Of a DNA stretch of 64,000 nucleotides, positions 26,201 through 39,025 are shown in pieces. The notes under the pieces are model-generated. The model was not told the origin of the DNA. It did not search any database and worked only from the letters and a program-made list of their open reading frames with translations. Location of the stretch: the NCBI GenBank assembly GCA_001642005.1, contig LWCA01000032.1, positions 1-64,000 of the forward strand. Reading direction: 5' to 3'. Every line of letters begins with the position of its first letter. Position 1 is the stretch's first letter. Origin of the DNA: Intoshia linei. Lineage: Eukaryota > Animalia > Orthonectida. The position numbers and the translations under genes are program-made.

Positions 26201-27684
26201 CATATCTTTTCAAAGACTACTAGTCGTGTGAACCACTTTCTAGACCAGCCCTATCAGTCATTATCTTGAGTAGGTTTGATTTTCATTTACTGTGTTTTGT
26301 TTAGTAATATTTTTTAAATGTATGATGTTGATCTTCCATTATAATTATTGAAAATTATTAATTATAAATATAGATTAATTGCGAAAAACATGGCACGAAT
26401 GCACTCACAAATATCAATAGAATTTTTTAATTCACCTAAAATAGTTCCAACAAGCCAATTACCAATTTTTAAACGCATTTCTAGCCTATTGAACCACTTG
26501 AAAGACGTTTGGATGTAATTTTTGTCATTGAAACAGGGGTCGTATAAGTGGTTATGAAATATTTTTGTTTATATTGTTTAGCGTGGTGTGGAGTACCAAC
26601 TGGGTACTACAAATTGTATTTTTACTTTTTACTGAAAATGGGGCACGCGACAAAAAACATTTACGACCCCTAATTTTAGAGTAATTTTAATTTATTTCAG
26701 AGATGACATCATAATATTAAAAAAAGTGAGGAATGAATTTAGTCATCTAGAACTAAAAATGCAAGGTGAATGGCCAGTTGTTATGTGTCATAATGATATT
26801 TTGTTGAATAATATTGTAATTTCTCCGGAAAGAGGTATTTTTTTTCACTTTTACTTTTATTTGTATTTTCTTTTAGATAGTGCATCTTTTATCGATTATG
26901 AATATGCATTTCCAAATGTTTTCATTTTTGACATTGCAAATTATTTTAACGAATTGTGTGGTAATTTTTTTGTAATTTCAACTAGAATCTAGTTACTAGA
27001 TCAGGGGTGCACAACCTGTGGCCGTCGACAATCCATGTAATCACAATGCAATATGTCATTTTACTTCAAATTTTGACTTTGCCCACTTTCTCAAAATGGA
27101 TTTAAACTCTCTCAATGTCAAATTAAATTTTGTGCGGCCGTAGTATCAATGAGTAAAGTAGCTTTGCGGTTGAATTGGTGGAAAGGTTGTGTACTCCTGT
27201 ACTAGATGAACTATTTTATTTTAATTACAAATAGGTATTGAAAATATCGATTATTCTCTATATCCGTCCCGTGAATTTATGGTAGATTGGATAAAGTGTT
27301 ATATTAAACATCGAAAAATATTCGATTCAAATAGTCGAGATAACTTGGATTTAAATTTTGTTATTAATTACTTGAAGCATTATACAATGGTATTTTTTTG
27401 ATAATATTTTATGAATCTTGGCATTTAATGTAGAATCGCTAGACAGAATTCATGATATTTTATCTACAAATTTCATTTATTTTTTAGTATTCATTAGTTA
27501 TTTAGTTATCTCACTTATTTTGGATGGTTTGGGCTATGGTACAATCTACCATATCAGAGATTAGCTTTGATTATCACAAGTAATTTATTAATTGTTTTAA
27601 ACATAAATAAACTCGTATAATTTTAGGTATGCTCTCGAACGATATAATCAATTTTTATTATATTTATTTGAAAATTCCCAATAA
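23276..27684 (+). CDS. Ethanolamine/choline kinase (ETNK-like), 8 exons
   Basis: Motifs TDGITNKL, IKIYG, IFTNGYAYEYCPG, IAKNMARMH, Brenner motif CHNDILLNNI, IDYEYAFPN...DIANYFNELCG, YPSREF and SHLFWMVWAMVQ...FDY..YALERY. Confidence 0.9.
24425..25550. mobile_element. TAGGGTGTCACA-ended (hAT-like) MITE hosting a Helitron
   Basis: Ends are TAGGGTGTCACA...TGTGACACCCAA, with a partial TSD ATGAC on both sides. Confidence 0.5.
24573..25319 (+). mobile_element. Full-length non-autonomous Helitron
   Basis: A|TCCTTACTTATATAATATG...GCTAGGTGCTGTTTGTACGTGGTACATAACATTCAACCTAG|T: 5' TC, 3' hairpin plus CTAG, inserted at A|T with no TSD. Confidence 0.85.
25553..26095. mobile_element. TIR element CAGGGGCGGATCCA...TGAATCCGCCTTG with an apparent 5-bp TSD
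   Basis: GC-rich inverted ends are flanked by CAAAT on both sides. Confidence 0.6.
27002..27199. mobile_element. Short hAT MITE, same family as 9791-10355
   Basis: Ends are CAGGGGTGCACAACC...GGTTGTGTACTCCTG, with a perfect 8-bp TSD TACTAGAT. Confidence 0.85.
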
Positions 27685-28199
27685 ACATTTTAATTTAATC
27701 TTCATTGAGTTTTACTGGTTTAATCGAACTTTATCTTCCGCTAACTTCAACCTATGAAATAGATCCTATGTTATGGTACGATATGTTGTTTATAGATTTT
27801 GAATATATTAGTATTCACCACTACAAGAGTAACGATATAACTATCGTCTACGATTCAATTTAGCGACTGAATGAATTATGTTAATTTAAAATCGTATTTA
27901 AATCTTATGTTTGATATATAAGATTCTAGTAGTATACTATTGAAAGTAATTACAAGTCCGCCGTAGAGATGGATAGGGACATTATGACATTATACATCAT
28001 TAGATTTCTTATTTTTAATTCGATGGAATATGCTCCGTCGCTGGTTCAAAGAGTCAAATCGTCACTGCGTTAAACTGAATAGAATACTTACACTCATAAC
28101 ATTTGAACTAATATTTTGAGCTTGGTGAAAATAAAAAGAATTACAACTAGACGTGATGCTTTATTTCAATATTACAATAAAAATGAAAGTTAGCTATTA

Positions 28200-31100
28200 T
28201 TATTTGAGTAAAGCTTTAATTGAAGCAGAAAAGTCTCCGCTAACATCACCCTATTTTAATATTTAATATTAATATAATATAATTTTAATATCCTTACATA
28301 TATAATATGCTACGCGATTTTTTGTGCGTGTGTTCCACTTTATTGAAATAACTATCAGTCTTAGAATTGTATAAATTCCACATTCAATTACGGTTTTTCT
28401 GGGACGTATAATAAGATAGATTTCAACATCCCGAACTCACATCTTACGGGTCCTAAAAAAAATGTGCCCTCGGCAGAGCTAGGTACTGTTTGTACGTAGA
28501 CATAACAGTCAACCTAGTATTATTACATAAGCAATGATTATTTTTTTTAACAGTCAAATTTTATTTCCTCTCGATAGTTGAAAAAATTAGACATAAAAAG
28601 GGTCAAAAATTATATATAATTTTAAAACTAAATAATTACAGATACATCTTTCCACAGGCTAGTTCCGTATAAATTTTTGTATTCAATTTTGGTTAATTCA
28701 ATATCTTGTTCTCTCATGTACACCAAATTGCGAATTAGCATTTTTTCGTTTGTGCCAAGAAACTGTTTTTAATTTATATATATTATTAGTAATAATAAAT
28801 AATATGCTAATTTAAAATTACACGAATTGATTTTTTAATTCTTCTGGAAAAAAATTCACCTTTCGATACAGCATATGCTACTAAATAAGTAATTTTAAAC
28901 TAATTTTATAATATTTTGCACACATGCGTAAAGCGTACGCTGTGTTGTCAAAACCACTAACAGATTATCAATTTTTAGTTTAATTTGATAACAGTAAATG
29001 ATTCATCAATAAGATGGATTCAATATTACCAATAAGATTGTATCCAACTCTTAAATCACCAGACATTTCATTTTTAATGGCGTAATGTAAACCGTGGGAC
29101 TTTAGTATTTTATATTCGTTATCAATCAGTCGAATGTGGTTGTATGAACGTGTCGCCAAAATGGCATGTATAGCTAATTCGTCTGTACCCATTCTATCTT
29201 CACCAGCTTCAAATATTGCCTTTAAAAACTTTTCAAATTCATCAATGAAAAAAATATACCTTTGCATCTTCGATTGCCCTACTTGCGTCAACGGTATTGT
29301 CTCGAAATCCCTATTATAATTATAATATGTTTATTAATAAAAGAAAAATTTATATAATAGATATAACGCTACTGTTAGAGCGTGTAGTTGGACTGAACTG
29401 GGTATTTAGAATATTTCAAAAATATGAATCATAATTTATGATACTGGATAATTATAAAATGAGTTTTACTAATGGGATAAAACAAGCTGCCGTATCGCAG
29501 GAATAATTATAATTATTATTCATGTAAATTGTATATATAAGTTTTTTTCAAGTTTCCTAACCACATTAACGACATCTCACCACTTTAAAGGTGAATAAGT
29601 CAATGTTGGTCACTAGTGGCGAGTTGAAATAATAAATGATTATCAGATGCGTTAATGTAATCGAATTTTTTAAATAATATAAAAATTACTATTAAAAGTG
29701 ATTTTAATAATCGTTTTAAATCTTTACTATTGCATATACTCAATACTTCTGATTCCAAATCTTTGCCATAAACTAAATTATTTGATAATTAACTAGCTAA
29801 AAAATAGTTGAGATTAATAGAGATTTAAATAAATACATAAGTAACATTTTAAGCATTTTATATTGGTCGTAAAAATAACACTTTTTTAACGTTGCAATTT
29901 ATGATAATGTTTATAATTTTAAAAACTATGCTACAATTTATGTTGTATAAAGTTCTAGGATTTTTTTTATTTTCACAGCATATGGTAATTTGTGGGTTTG
30001 GCCTTAAAGATTAAATATTTTGAAATTGAAATTTATCATAATATTGATGATTTTATAATCTTTATAAGCTTATGAATTTGTTATAATTCTATAAATCGTT
30101 TGATTTTTCAAAAAAAAATTAGAGTTTTTAACCCTGAAGACTCAATCTTTCAAACTTAAATTTGCTATAAAATCTAATCGACATAACGTTAGTATTGAAA
30201 AGTGGTGTTTTTAAAACTCTATGCCTCCTATTTTGTTAAATAAATTAGAATAAATAAACAGACATACATTTTTAACTAAATTACTTTATGTAAATAATGT
30301 ATGTATGTATTATAAGTAAATATGTATAATAATATTTTCTAATATGCTACATTACCGATCTTGTAAAATTTTTTCAGCTCTAGGATAGATTTTTCTTCAC
30401 TTTGTACCAATACTTCAATTACAGCAGGTAATTCCTTATCCTAAATTTTTTTTAATACTAGAACTATTTTCATTTAAAAAAGGTAATTTTGGTTTTGGAC
30501 CGTGAAGGTCTCGCAGTCCGAGAATAAAATTTTCGATAAAACAACAATCTCGAAAAACCTGTGTTAAAAATTGGGTTTTTATAATAAAACGGTAACGCAC
30601 ACTCATAAAGTAAAAGATTAAAAAATATTTTCATAAATATAATTTATAATGACATCTCAGCTTATTTAATTATGCCAAATTAATTTGATTTGTTTTAATT
30701 AACTTTTTTAGCATATATACGAAGTACATGGCCAATGGCCATATTAGTATATTTCTATTGTCGATTTTGATACAAAAATTTTAAGGATCGGGTCATATAC
30801 AGATGACTATATATTTATTTACGATAATAATTTATCATTTTGTATTATTGTCCTTACTTATATAATATGCTTTGCTATATTTGTTTGTCTGTGTGTCTTA
30901 TTATTTATGTCAATAACTAGAAATCTTAGAATTTTATAAAGACCACAATTCAATTACAGTTTTTTCTGGGAGTGTTAGCAAAATAAATTTCAACCTTTCA
31001 AATTCACATCTTACGGGTCAAAATCCCCAATTGTCCCTCTTTTTGAAAATCAAACGAGTTGGAGAATTTAAAAAAATATATACTCTAATACGGATTTTAA

Positions 31101-32383
31101 AATCATAAAAATTATCATAAATTTAAATGTAAAAAAATATATCTTCAGGGCCAAAACCACAAATTACCTTTTTTTTATTTATGAAAAAGCCCTAGAATTT
31201 AAAAAAATTTATAGGTGGTACAGTTGTATCCTGTTAACAATTGTTTTTAAAATTCTTTACGCAAATGTTAAAAAAATATTAAGATGGAATAATTCACTTT
31301 AAAGTAAAAAGTAATGTGATATGATGGTTCCACCTGAACAAAATTTGGGACCACTCTTTTAAAAGATTGATAATAGTGAATAGTAGGATTTTTAAGTTAG
31401 ATTTTCAACGTGAATTTATTTTTTAAGTATAATAAAAATGTGCTCTCGGCAGAGCTAGGTCCTGTTTGTACGTAGTATGTAAATTTATTTTTTGGTAGTA
31501 TAAAAATGTTCCCTCGGTAGAACTAGGCTACGGGGATTGATAATAGTGAATAGTAGAATTTTTAAGTTAGATTTTCAACGTGAATTTTTTGATATAATAA
31601 AAATTGCCTTCAGCAGAGCTAGGTGCTGTTTGTACGTAGTACATAACAGTCAACCTAGTTATATTATATTATTGTTAATATTACCTTGATTGCATTATGA
31701 ATAACATATGCGTGATGATTTTTTGTCGCCATTATAATTTGTTGCATTAATTCCAGAAAACATCCACTTATTTCACTTTTCAAAACATCTTTTAAGCTCT
31801 TTAATATATAATAATATTATCAATTTATTGAATAAATTTTATCATGTAAATCAATTTCACGGGTGATCTAATCACGGGACATAATAAATATTATGAAAGA
31901 ACATGAAAGAATGTCAAAAGTGATAACATATCACTGATAATCAAAGTGAAATGAATGTATTTGAAAAAAATTGAAAACCACTGAGGTAATAATTCATTAA
32001 TCTAGTGGCTATCACTGATATTTACTTTTAGTAAATTTCATTTACCTTTCCATAAACGCTCTCATAAGTTTTTACAATTTTGATGATATGATCTTTAGGT
32101 CTATTACAGAGTATTGATATAATTTTTGCTTCATTTGTGCCTAATTCATAGTATAAAGACACTTAATTAGAATAATAGTAGAAAAATCGTAATTAATAGA
32201 CACAAATTATTAATTTCTGAAATACAATTTAGTATAATTTGCATTACCTAATCCTTGACAAGCTTCATAAATTTTTGCTGAATCTGCAGTTGCATCAAAA
32301 GATTGTTCGGAAGATTCCTAAATTCACATTTACAATAAAATTTTTTCAATACTAATATTAACAAATTCAGAAATATATACCAT
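28200..32383 (-). CDS. Annexin with four repeats and a very short N-terminus, about 11 exons (first coding exon is the ATG only)
   Basis: M|ESSEQSFDATADSAKIYEACQGLG|TNEAKIISILCNR...SEISG; AGEDRMGTDELAIHAILATRSYNH...NEMSGD; FLGTNEKMLIR...GDVSGDF. Confidence 0.9.
28291..28517 (+). mobile_element. Minimal 227-bp non-autonomous Helitron
   Basis: A|TCCTTACATATATAATATGC...CATAACAGTCAACCTAG|T, in the last annexin intron. Confidence 0.85.
30851..31658 (+). mobile_element. Non-autonomous Helitron with repeated 3' terminal blocks
   Basis: 5' end is TCCTTACTTATATAATATGC. AGA(G/A)CTAGG terminal blocks occur at ~31451, ~31519 and ~31615, and the element ends CAACCTAG|T. Confidence 0.85.
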
Positions 32384-33289
32384 TTTGTGATGTTTCAAAT
32401 TAAATGACACTATAAAATTATCAAATTACAATTAAATCAATATTGGTAGTATTACCTTAACAACTTTTTAGGTATTAATTAGATCAATTCTTAAAAAAGT
32501 AAATTTGAAAATGCACCCTTTTTTATTTATTTTAGTATTCAAAATACTAATTATCACATTCTGTATTTTTATTTGTTTTTAGAATGTAGTGACTTACTTT
32601 ACTAATATTTAACCAAATTTTCATTTTTCACTTCAAACACCTGATAATTCTCTTGTAATTTATTCTATTAGATTTGAAATTATTTAAAAATGTATAATGA
32701 AGGTGAAATAACAAAAATTTTTTGGGTCAAAATTAAATTAACCCATTATTGAGCATGGTGGCTATATGTGTGGTTATAACCAGTTTACCCACTTCTAGTA
32801 TTCCAAAACTATTAGAAATTTTGAATATCTTAAAATTTGATATAATTTAAAATGTGCATATTTTTAAAATACATTTCAAAAATTGTCATGTTAGGTCAAG
32901 TATAAAGGGGTCGTGACTAATCGATTAATAAAGTGTTTCTAAATTTTTACATTAACTGCTATGCTCAATGTAGAATAATTCAATTAGAACATTATTATAA
33001 TAATTATTTATATAATAATACAAATAAATTGAATAATAAATATATAAATTATAAATAATTATTTATTGTTAAAATATAATGTACATTACGATTTTAAAAA
33101 TTAATGATAACACTATTAAATACATTGCTTGAATTGATGAAAAATTATGACTAAATTTATTTAACACCATTTTAATAGTGACTATTAATCATTAATATCA
33201 AAAGGATTTAGGTTGACTCATTATTGTGACTTATATGTATATAAATTTATTTAAATGTATTTATATATATATTTTGTAATTATCAAAAC

Positions 33290-33782
33290 TTATACATAAT
33301 TATAAAGTATTTTAGTTAAAAATTTATTTCCGTTTATATATTTATTTTTTTGTTCCCATTTATTTACAGAAATAGAGTCCTTCAAGGTCAAACACCTCAA
33401 TTATCTTTTTTTTAAAATTCAAACGGATTAGAATTATAGACAATTGAAAATCTGATAGATTTTAAAAAAATCAAAATTATAATAAATTTTAATTTCAAAA
33501 TCTTATATATTCACTGCCAAAACACCAAATTACCCTTTTTTAAAAAAATGAAAATAAATAAAGTGCTAAAATTTAAAAAGAAACAACAGTTGATAGTTAT
33601 TTCCAGTTAACACACACAAAAAAATTTCAACATGAAAAAGTCACACCTTCACGGTCAAAAAATCACTTAACTATTCATTTTTATTTATTTCGAAACTAAT
33701 TTTATTAACAACAACTTATTAATTAATCTTGTAAAATAAAAAATTTGAAATAACTAACGGTTCTACATAACAGTCCACCTAG
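33290..33782 (+). mobile_element. Degenerate Helitron copy
   Basis: 3' end is CATAACAGTCCACCTAG|T with shared internal modules. The 5' boundary is approximate. Confidence 0.6.
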
Positions 33783-33975
33783 TATAAATACATATACGTA
33801 TATATAAAATATTTATAAAAAATATTAATATAAATTTAAAAAATGTATGTAAAAAAATAAATAATTTTTATTTTTAAATAGATTTATAATGAAAAACGTG
33901 AAATATAATGAAATTAAAGTATTAACATTTAAATTTTTTTTAATGTAAATTAACATTTAAAAAATAAACAATTAA

Positions 33976-36900
33976 TTAATGGAATATTGTTGTATTTAAA
34001 TTTTTAATGTGTTCATCTTTCATTAATTTTCGTAAGACTTTTCCACTTGCAGATCTTTTAATATTCTTTACAATAAAAATTCCTCCAAAAGGATGTTTTT
34101 CTTTTGTTAAATTTTCTATAATGTATATTAATTAACATGTAATATGTGTATAATAATATATAAAGATAAGGTTATTTCACGTTATAAAACCAATCGGAAA
34201 ATTAGTGTAGAATCTATTATTTAGGGTCATCTATGAAATTACATTATGAAGGTTAAAATTAGTTAAATCACTTTTAATATTATCATATAAATATGTTATA
34301 ATAAAATTAAAATAAAATTTATTATTGTAAAAAAATATAACCTTATCTTATCACATTATCTATAATATATACTTTTTTGTTGATACTTACTGCCTTAACA
34401 CATACATGTATATATTTAATGTGTCTCATTAAGTTATGCTTAATTATTGACAGATATTATACAAAAAGGGTGTGTATTTTAAAATTTTTTAGCGAAAATG
34501 GAAAAAAATCACCACCACTGGAAAAACCGCTTTGCAAAGTTAATAATTCAGAAAATATATAAAAAAGATTAAAAAACCTGCGCAAAATAGTTTAAAACAT
34601 CAATACATGGTTATTAATTTAGTAAAAACGCTTAACAGAAGAAAAAATTATTATCTATTAATTTCAGAGTCCTGCATTGGGTACTGGTTACTTTTTCATC
34701 CCTGTATATTAGATATAAATATATACCTTCCATAAACGTTTGGAAATTTTCCTTGTCAAAATTTATGTTCTCTTCCGGAACAACATAGACAACGACAATT
34801 TCGCCTCGTTTTTCATCAGAAATACCAAATACTAATACGTCGGCTACTGACGGATGTGATATTAAAAGTTTTTCAATTTCTACTGGAGACACCTAAATGA
34901 GTAAATTTAGAGATTAAAAAATGTGTAATTAATCAGTGACAGTACCTGAACACCATTTACTTTAATCATGTCTTTCACTCTATCCATAATGTAAACATAT
35001 CCATCTTGGTCTGTTTTTGCAATATCACCTATAATTAATATATTAATAACATCATAATTTATTTAGTAGGTGTGTTCACGCTCATGTAGATGTGAGATAA
35101 TGTGAGATAACGAACTGATCATTAAATATAATTTACATTGTAAATTGTTAAATTGTGTTTTTCATAGCTGAAATTGTTAGAAACAGTCATAAATGGCATC
35201 GTAATGTATTACTGTAATTGTAAAGTGGTTCTTAAATATAGTATTTTCTCCACAACTCGCCAGGTCTATAACTCGCTATTAATTTAAAATATAAACTAAA
35301 AGTTTTAAAACCATTTTAAAAATATGTTAAGTTATTTGGTATTAAATGTTACAATTTGTATTATAATTTACATTTTATTGAAATTTATACTTAAATTTAA
35401 AGATTTTAGTACTGTTTTTATAGTTTTAAATTATCAATTTCGCCAACTTTTTTTAAATCCCAGGAATGGCGAGTTATAGAGAGAATATTGTATTTAGAAA
35501 AATAGGTGTATGAATTTCATTGTGTTTTAGTTGGGTCAGTGGTATATGCAGGGGCGTGGAGAGGGCTAGGAGCCATATGGACCAGGCATACATTTTAAAT
35601 TTATTAATAGGTAATGTTGGAAAATTTTGATAACCAATGCGATTTATTGAAAACATTCACTATAATAAATTTTATCAATCTAAAAATATGTGATTTTTAT
35701 TTTGAATTATGGAATGGGCGATTTTAAAAAATGTGTGTGAATTGTGGTCTTAGGGGGAGATTCTAAAAAAAGGTTGAAAACCTCTGGTACAACTGATGAT
35801 ATTGACTATTAATTAGTTCCAAGTAGACTCCCTAGTTATCACATAAGTTATACAAACTATTCCGCACATTTATATTAATAAATAATAATTAATAAATGCA
35901 CATTGTGTATTACACAAAGACAAAAATAGTAATTAAACCGGTATGAAACCACTCATCTTGATTCAAAATTTTTATATTTTCTTCAGGCATATTTAGATAT
36001 CCATTCATGACATTTTGACCTCTTGTCAACAGTTCACCTTCTTGTTCAATATCATTTAGTTCATTATTTTTTGGATTAACAATCTATAAAAATTACAACA
36101 TGTCATATATTAACACCTTAATTTCAATTCCAGGCATGGGTTGTCCTACAGATATTATTTTGTTATTACGTTTCTTTATCATTGTTAAGAGCAGTGTCTC
36201 TGTTAATCCATATGCTAATATATAGTATTAAACTTATTCATGTATATCGAATTTTACATTATATGCATTGACATGTCTCCAGTCGGTACTTTTATTTTAT
36301 TTAAATGAGAACACATATCAGTGAATAATATATATAAAATATAATTACTTTGTCTCAAAAATATACGTGGAAATCGTTTAGTAAACGCATCAATAATGGC
36401 AGGAGACAATGGTGCAGCCGCGCAAAGCAAATCTCGCACACTTTTTAAACTGTAATTGAAAGTCATATTATGGGTTGCCATAAAATTTAACATAGTTGGA
36501 ACAAGATATATTTTGTTGATCTAAAAATAATACATATATAATTACGAACTGAACTTAACAAGCTCGAGGTCATAAATTAAAAATGGGTACAAATATTTTT
36601 TTCCGAAACGATACGCCGAATCCAACCCTAGCAACCTATCCAAGGCTGCTGATTTACATTTTAAATCTAATACACAAAATAGTTATGATATTCAGGAATA
36701 TATTTTTTAGTAGCCTGTCCTGCCCCAAGAAGGGTCAAAACCCTAAACGATATTTCATGGATGACTCGTATAATGTGTAAAATTTTCATTTATATAGTCG
36801 ATTCTATTCTATATGAACATAAAGGGACCAGGTTCTGATCGTGTTTATATTATACTGTAATATGAACATATATGAATAGTGATAATAATATAGTCGATTC

Positions 36901-39025
36901 TGTTCTATATGAACATACTGGAATATGAACTAAGTTTAATATGAACACGACAATTTTGTTTAAACAAACATTGATTAAACATTTCGAAACTTTTAATTAT
37001 ATTATTATCGACATTCCTATATGTTCATATTACAGTACAGTATCACATAATCAAAACCTGGTCCCTAAAAGTTTCGAAATCAAAATTAAACTAAAATTAA
37101 AATATGAATGAAAATTTTACAATACAGTCGACTCTGTTCTATATGAACATACTAGAATACTAACTCAGTTTAATATAAACACGACAATTTTGTTTAAACA
37201 AACATTGATTGAACAATTCGAAACTTTTAATTATATTATTATCGACATTCCTATATGTTCATATTACAGTACAGTATCACATAATCAAAACCTGGTCCCT
37301 AAAAGTTTCGAAATCAAAATTGCTTGTTCAAACAAAATTGTCGTGTTCATATTAAACTGAGTTAGTATTCTAGTATGTTCATATAGAACAGAGTCGACTG
37401 TATTGTAAAATTTTCATTCATATTTTAATTTTAGTTTAATTTTGGTTTTAGAAATTTTTTTCAACCAAATTTAAAAGGGGTTTTTAGGAAATTTTTTTTT
37501 ATCCAAGCTGTAAGGTTGTCGTAAATTTTGACTTAAAAAAATGTCATAAAAATCCTTAAAAAGTTTGATTTAAAAAAAATTTTTAAATCCCAAAATTAAA
37601 CTAAAATTAAAATATGAATGAAAATTTTACACATTCTACGACTTGCCCATGGAATGTGTATAATGTAGATTTCACAGTTGTACACATTCTATGCAACATA
37701 TACAATGTATGCACTTATATATAATTGTAAATGTATTAATACTTTATATCGTTCTATATCTTTTAAAAATGTTCTCGGCTCAAAATTTGGTTGAATAACA
37801 ATATTTGAAGCAGACATAATTTCATTATATAGCATGACTCCAAACCCATAAGCATGATGAAGTGGCAAAGAATGTAATAATGTTAGTTCTTTATTATCAA
37901 TAGCCATTTCGGATGTAATTCTAAATAAAGATTAATTGATACAGCCCTTCAGTCAAATTTTTAATGAATTTGAAAACTGTTATGCAATTAGTACTGACAA
38001 GAATGTCACACGAATTACAAAATATATGTAATCATAATTAAATACTTACCTGATTTGATGTATATTTGAAATAATATTATTGTGAGAAAGAACTACACCC
38101 TTCGATAAACCAGTCGTTCCACTAGACATACCATAAATAGCTGGAGAATCATTAATTTTTTCATTAATTTTGACATAATTTAAATCCGGCACAGTTTCGC
38201 AATTATTACGGGTAAATTCGTACCACAAATCCGAATCAAGACAAATGATCTAAAAATAAAGATAAATACTTAAACATTAATTAATTAATAAATTAAAATA
38301 AAAAATACATTTTCGGGTTGAGGAAGTTTATAATTCATGATGCTATTTTTTATGTAATCAATATTTCCAGGTTCACATATAATTAAATTTGGATTTACAA
38401 CCGAAAAAACGTTTGAAAATTCATCTAAAAAATATTTATTATGATTTAAAAAATACTACATTCTGTTAATAACGGATTCACAGGATTAAGAATTGCATTG
38501 TTAATCTTTGGTACTCCTAAATAAACGACCGCTGTTTTGATGGAATTACTCAAAGCTACACTAATCACAAATTTGTCACTTTTGTTTTCCGGTTTATACT
38601 TTGATATGTATTCTTTTTCAATAAATGCAGCCAAATTACACACGTGTGTATATGTTTGTTGATAAGAATAATTTTCACCATTTTGACTTGTAGTCTAATA
38701 TAATAATTAGTATACATAGTATATAAAATAAAATTTTTTACATTAATTGTAGTACATAAAATATTATTAAAAATACAAATACTGAAAATTATACCAAAGC
38801 GGTACGATTCTTTACATTAGCCTTGTTCATGAAAATAAAATCCGTTATACTGTCACATTTCGGAAATTTAGTTATTGGACCTTTGAAATGCGATTTTTCA
38901 ATTTTAGTTAACCCTGTACAGCTAAAATCAATATCATCTCGCAATGATGTCACACTTCGCTTTGATCCATAAATAAATCTTATTCTTCTTGACGATAGAT
39001 TTAATAAACACTTTCTAACTGTCAT
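33976..39025 (-). CDS. 4-coumarate-CoA-ligase / firefly-luciferase-like acyl-CoA synthetase, copy A
   Basis: P-loop SSGTTGLSKGV, LPLHHAYGF, AAAPL, YGLTE, GYLN...GFIP/TGD region, DRVKDMIK, QVSPVEIE and SASGKVLRK (catalytic Lys). It has an Arg-rich N-terminal leader. Confidence 0.88.
35239..35490. mobile_element. pogo/Tigger-like MITE, inverted copy of 12959-13171
   Basis: Ends GGCGAGTTATAGAGAGAATATTG|TA and shares the internal sequence. Confidence 0.7.
36760..37650. repeat. Complex inverted/tandem repeat built on a TA|CAGTCGACTCTGTTCTATATGAACAT MITE
   Basis: An intact MITE at 37125-37400, a partial tandem copy starting at 36891 (234-bp offset), and inverted flanks at 37081-37124 and 37401-37444. 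Confidence 0.8.

Noticed and set aside
27780-28100. Slightly GC-richer stretch between the convergent kinase and annexin genes as a snoRNA or other ncRNA
   Set aside because: No convincing C/D or H/ACA box pair or terminal stem is visible; an Infernal/Rfam search would be needed.
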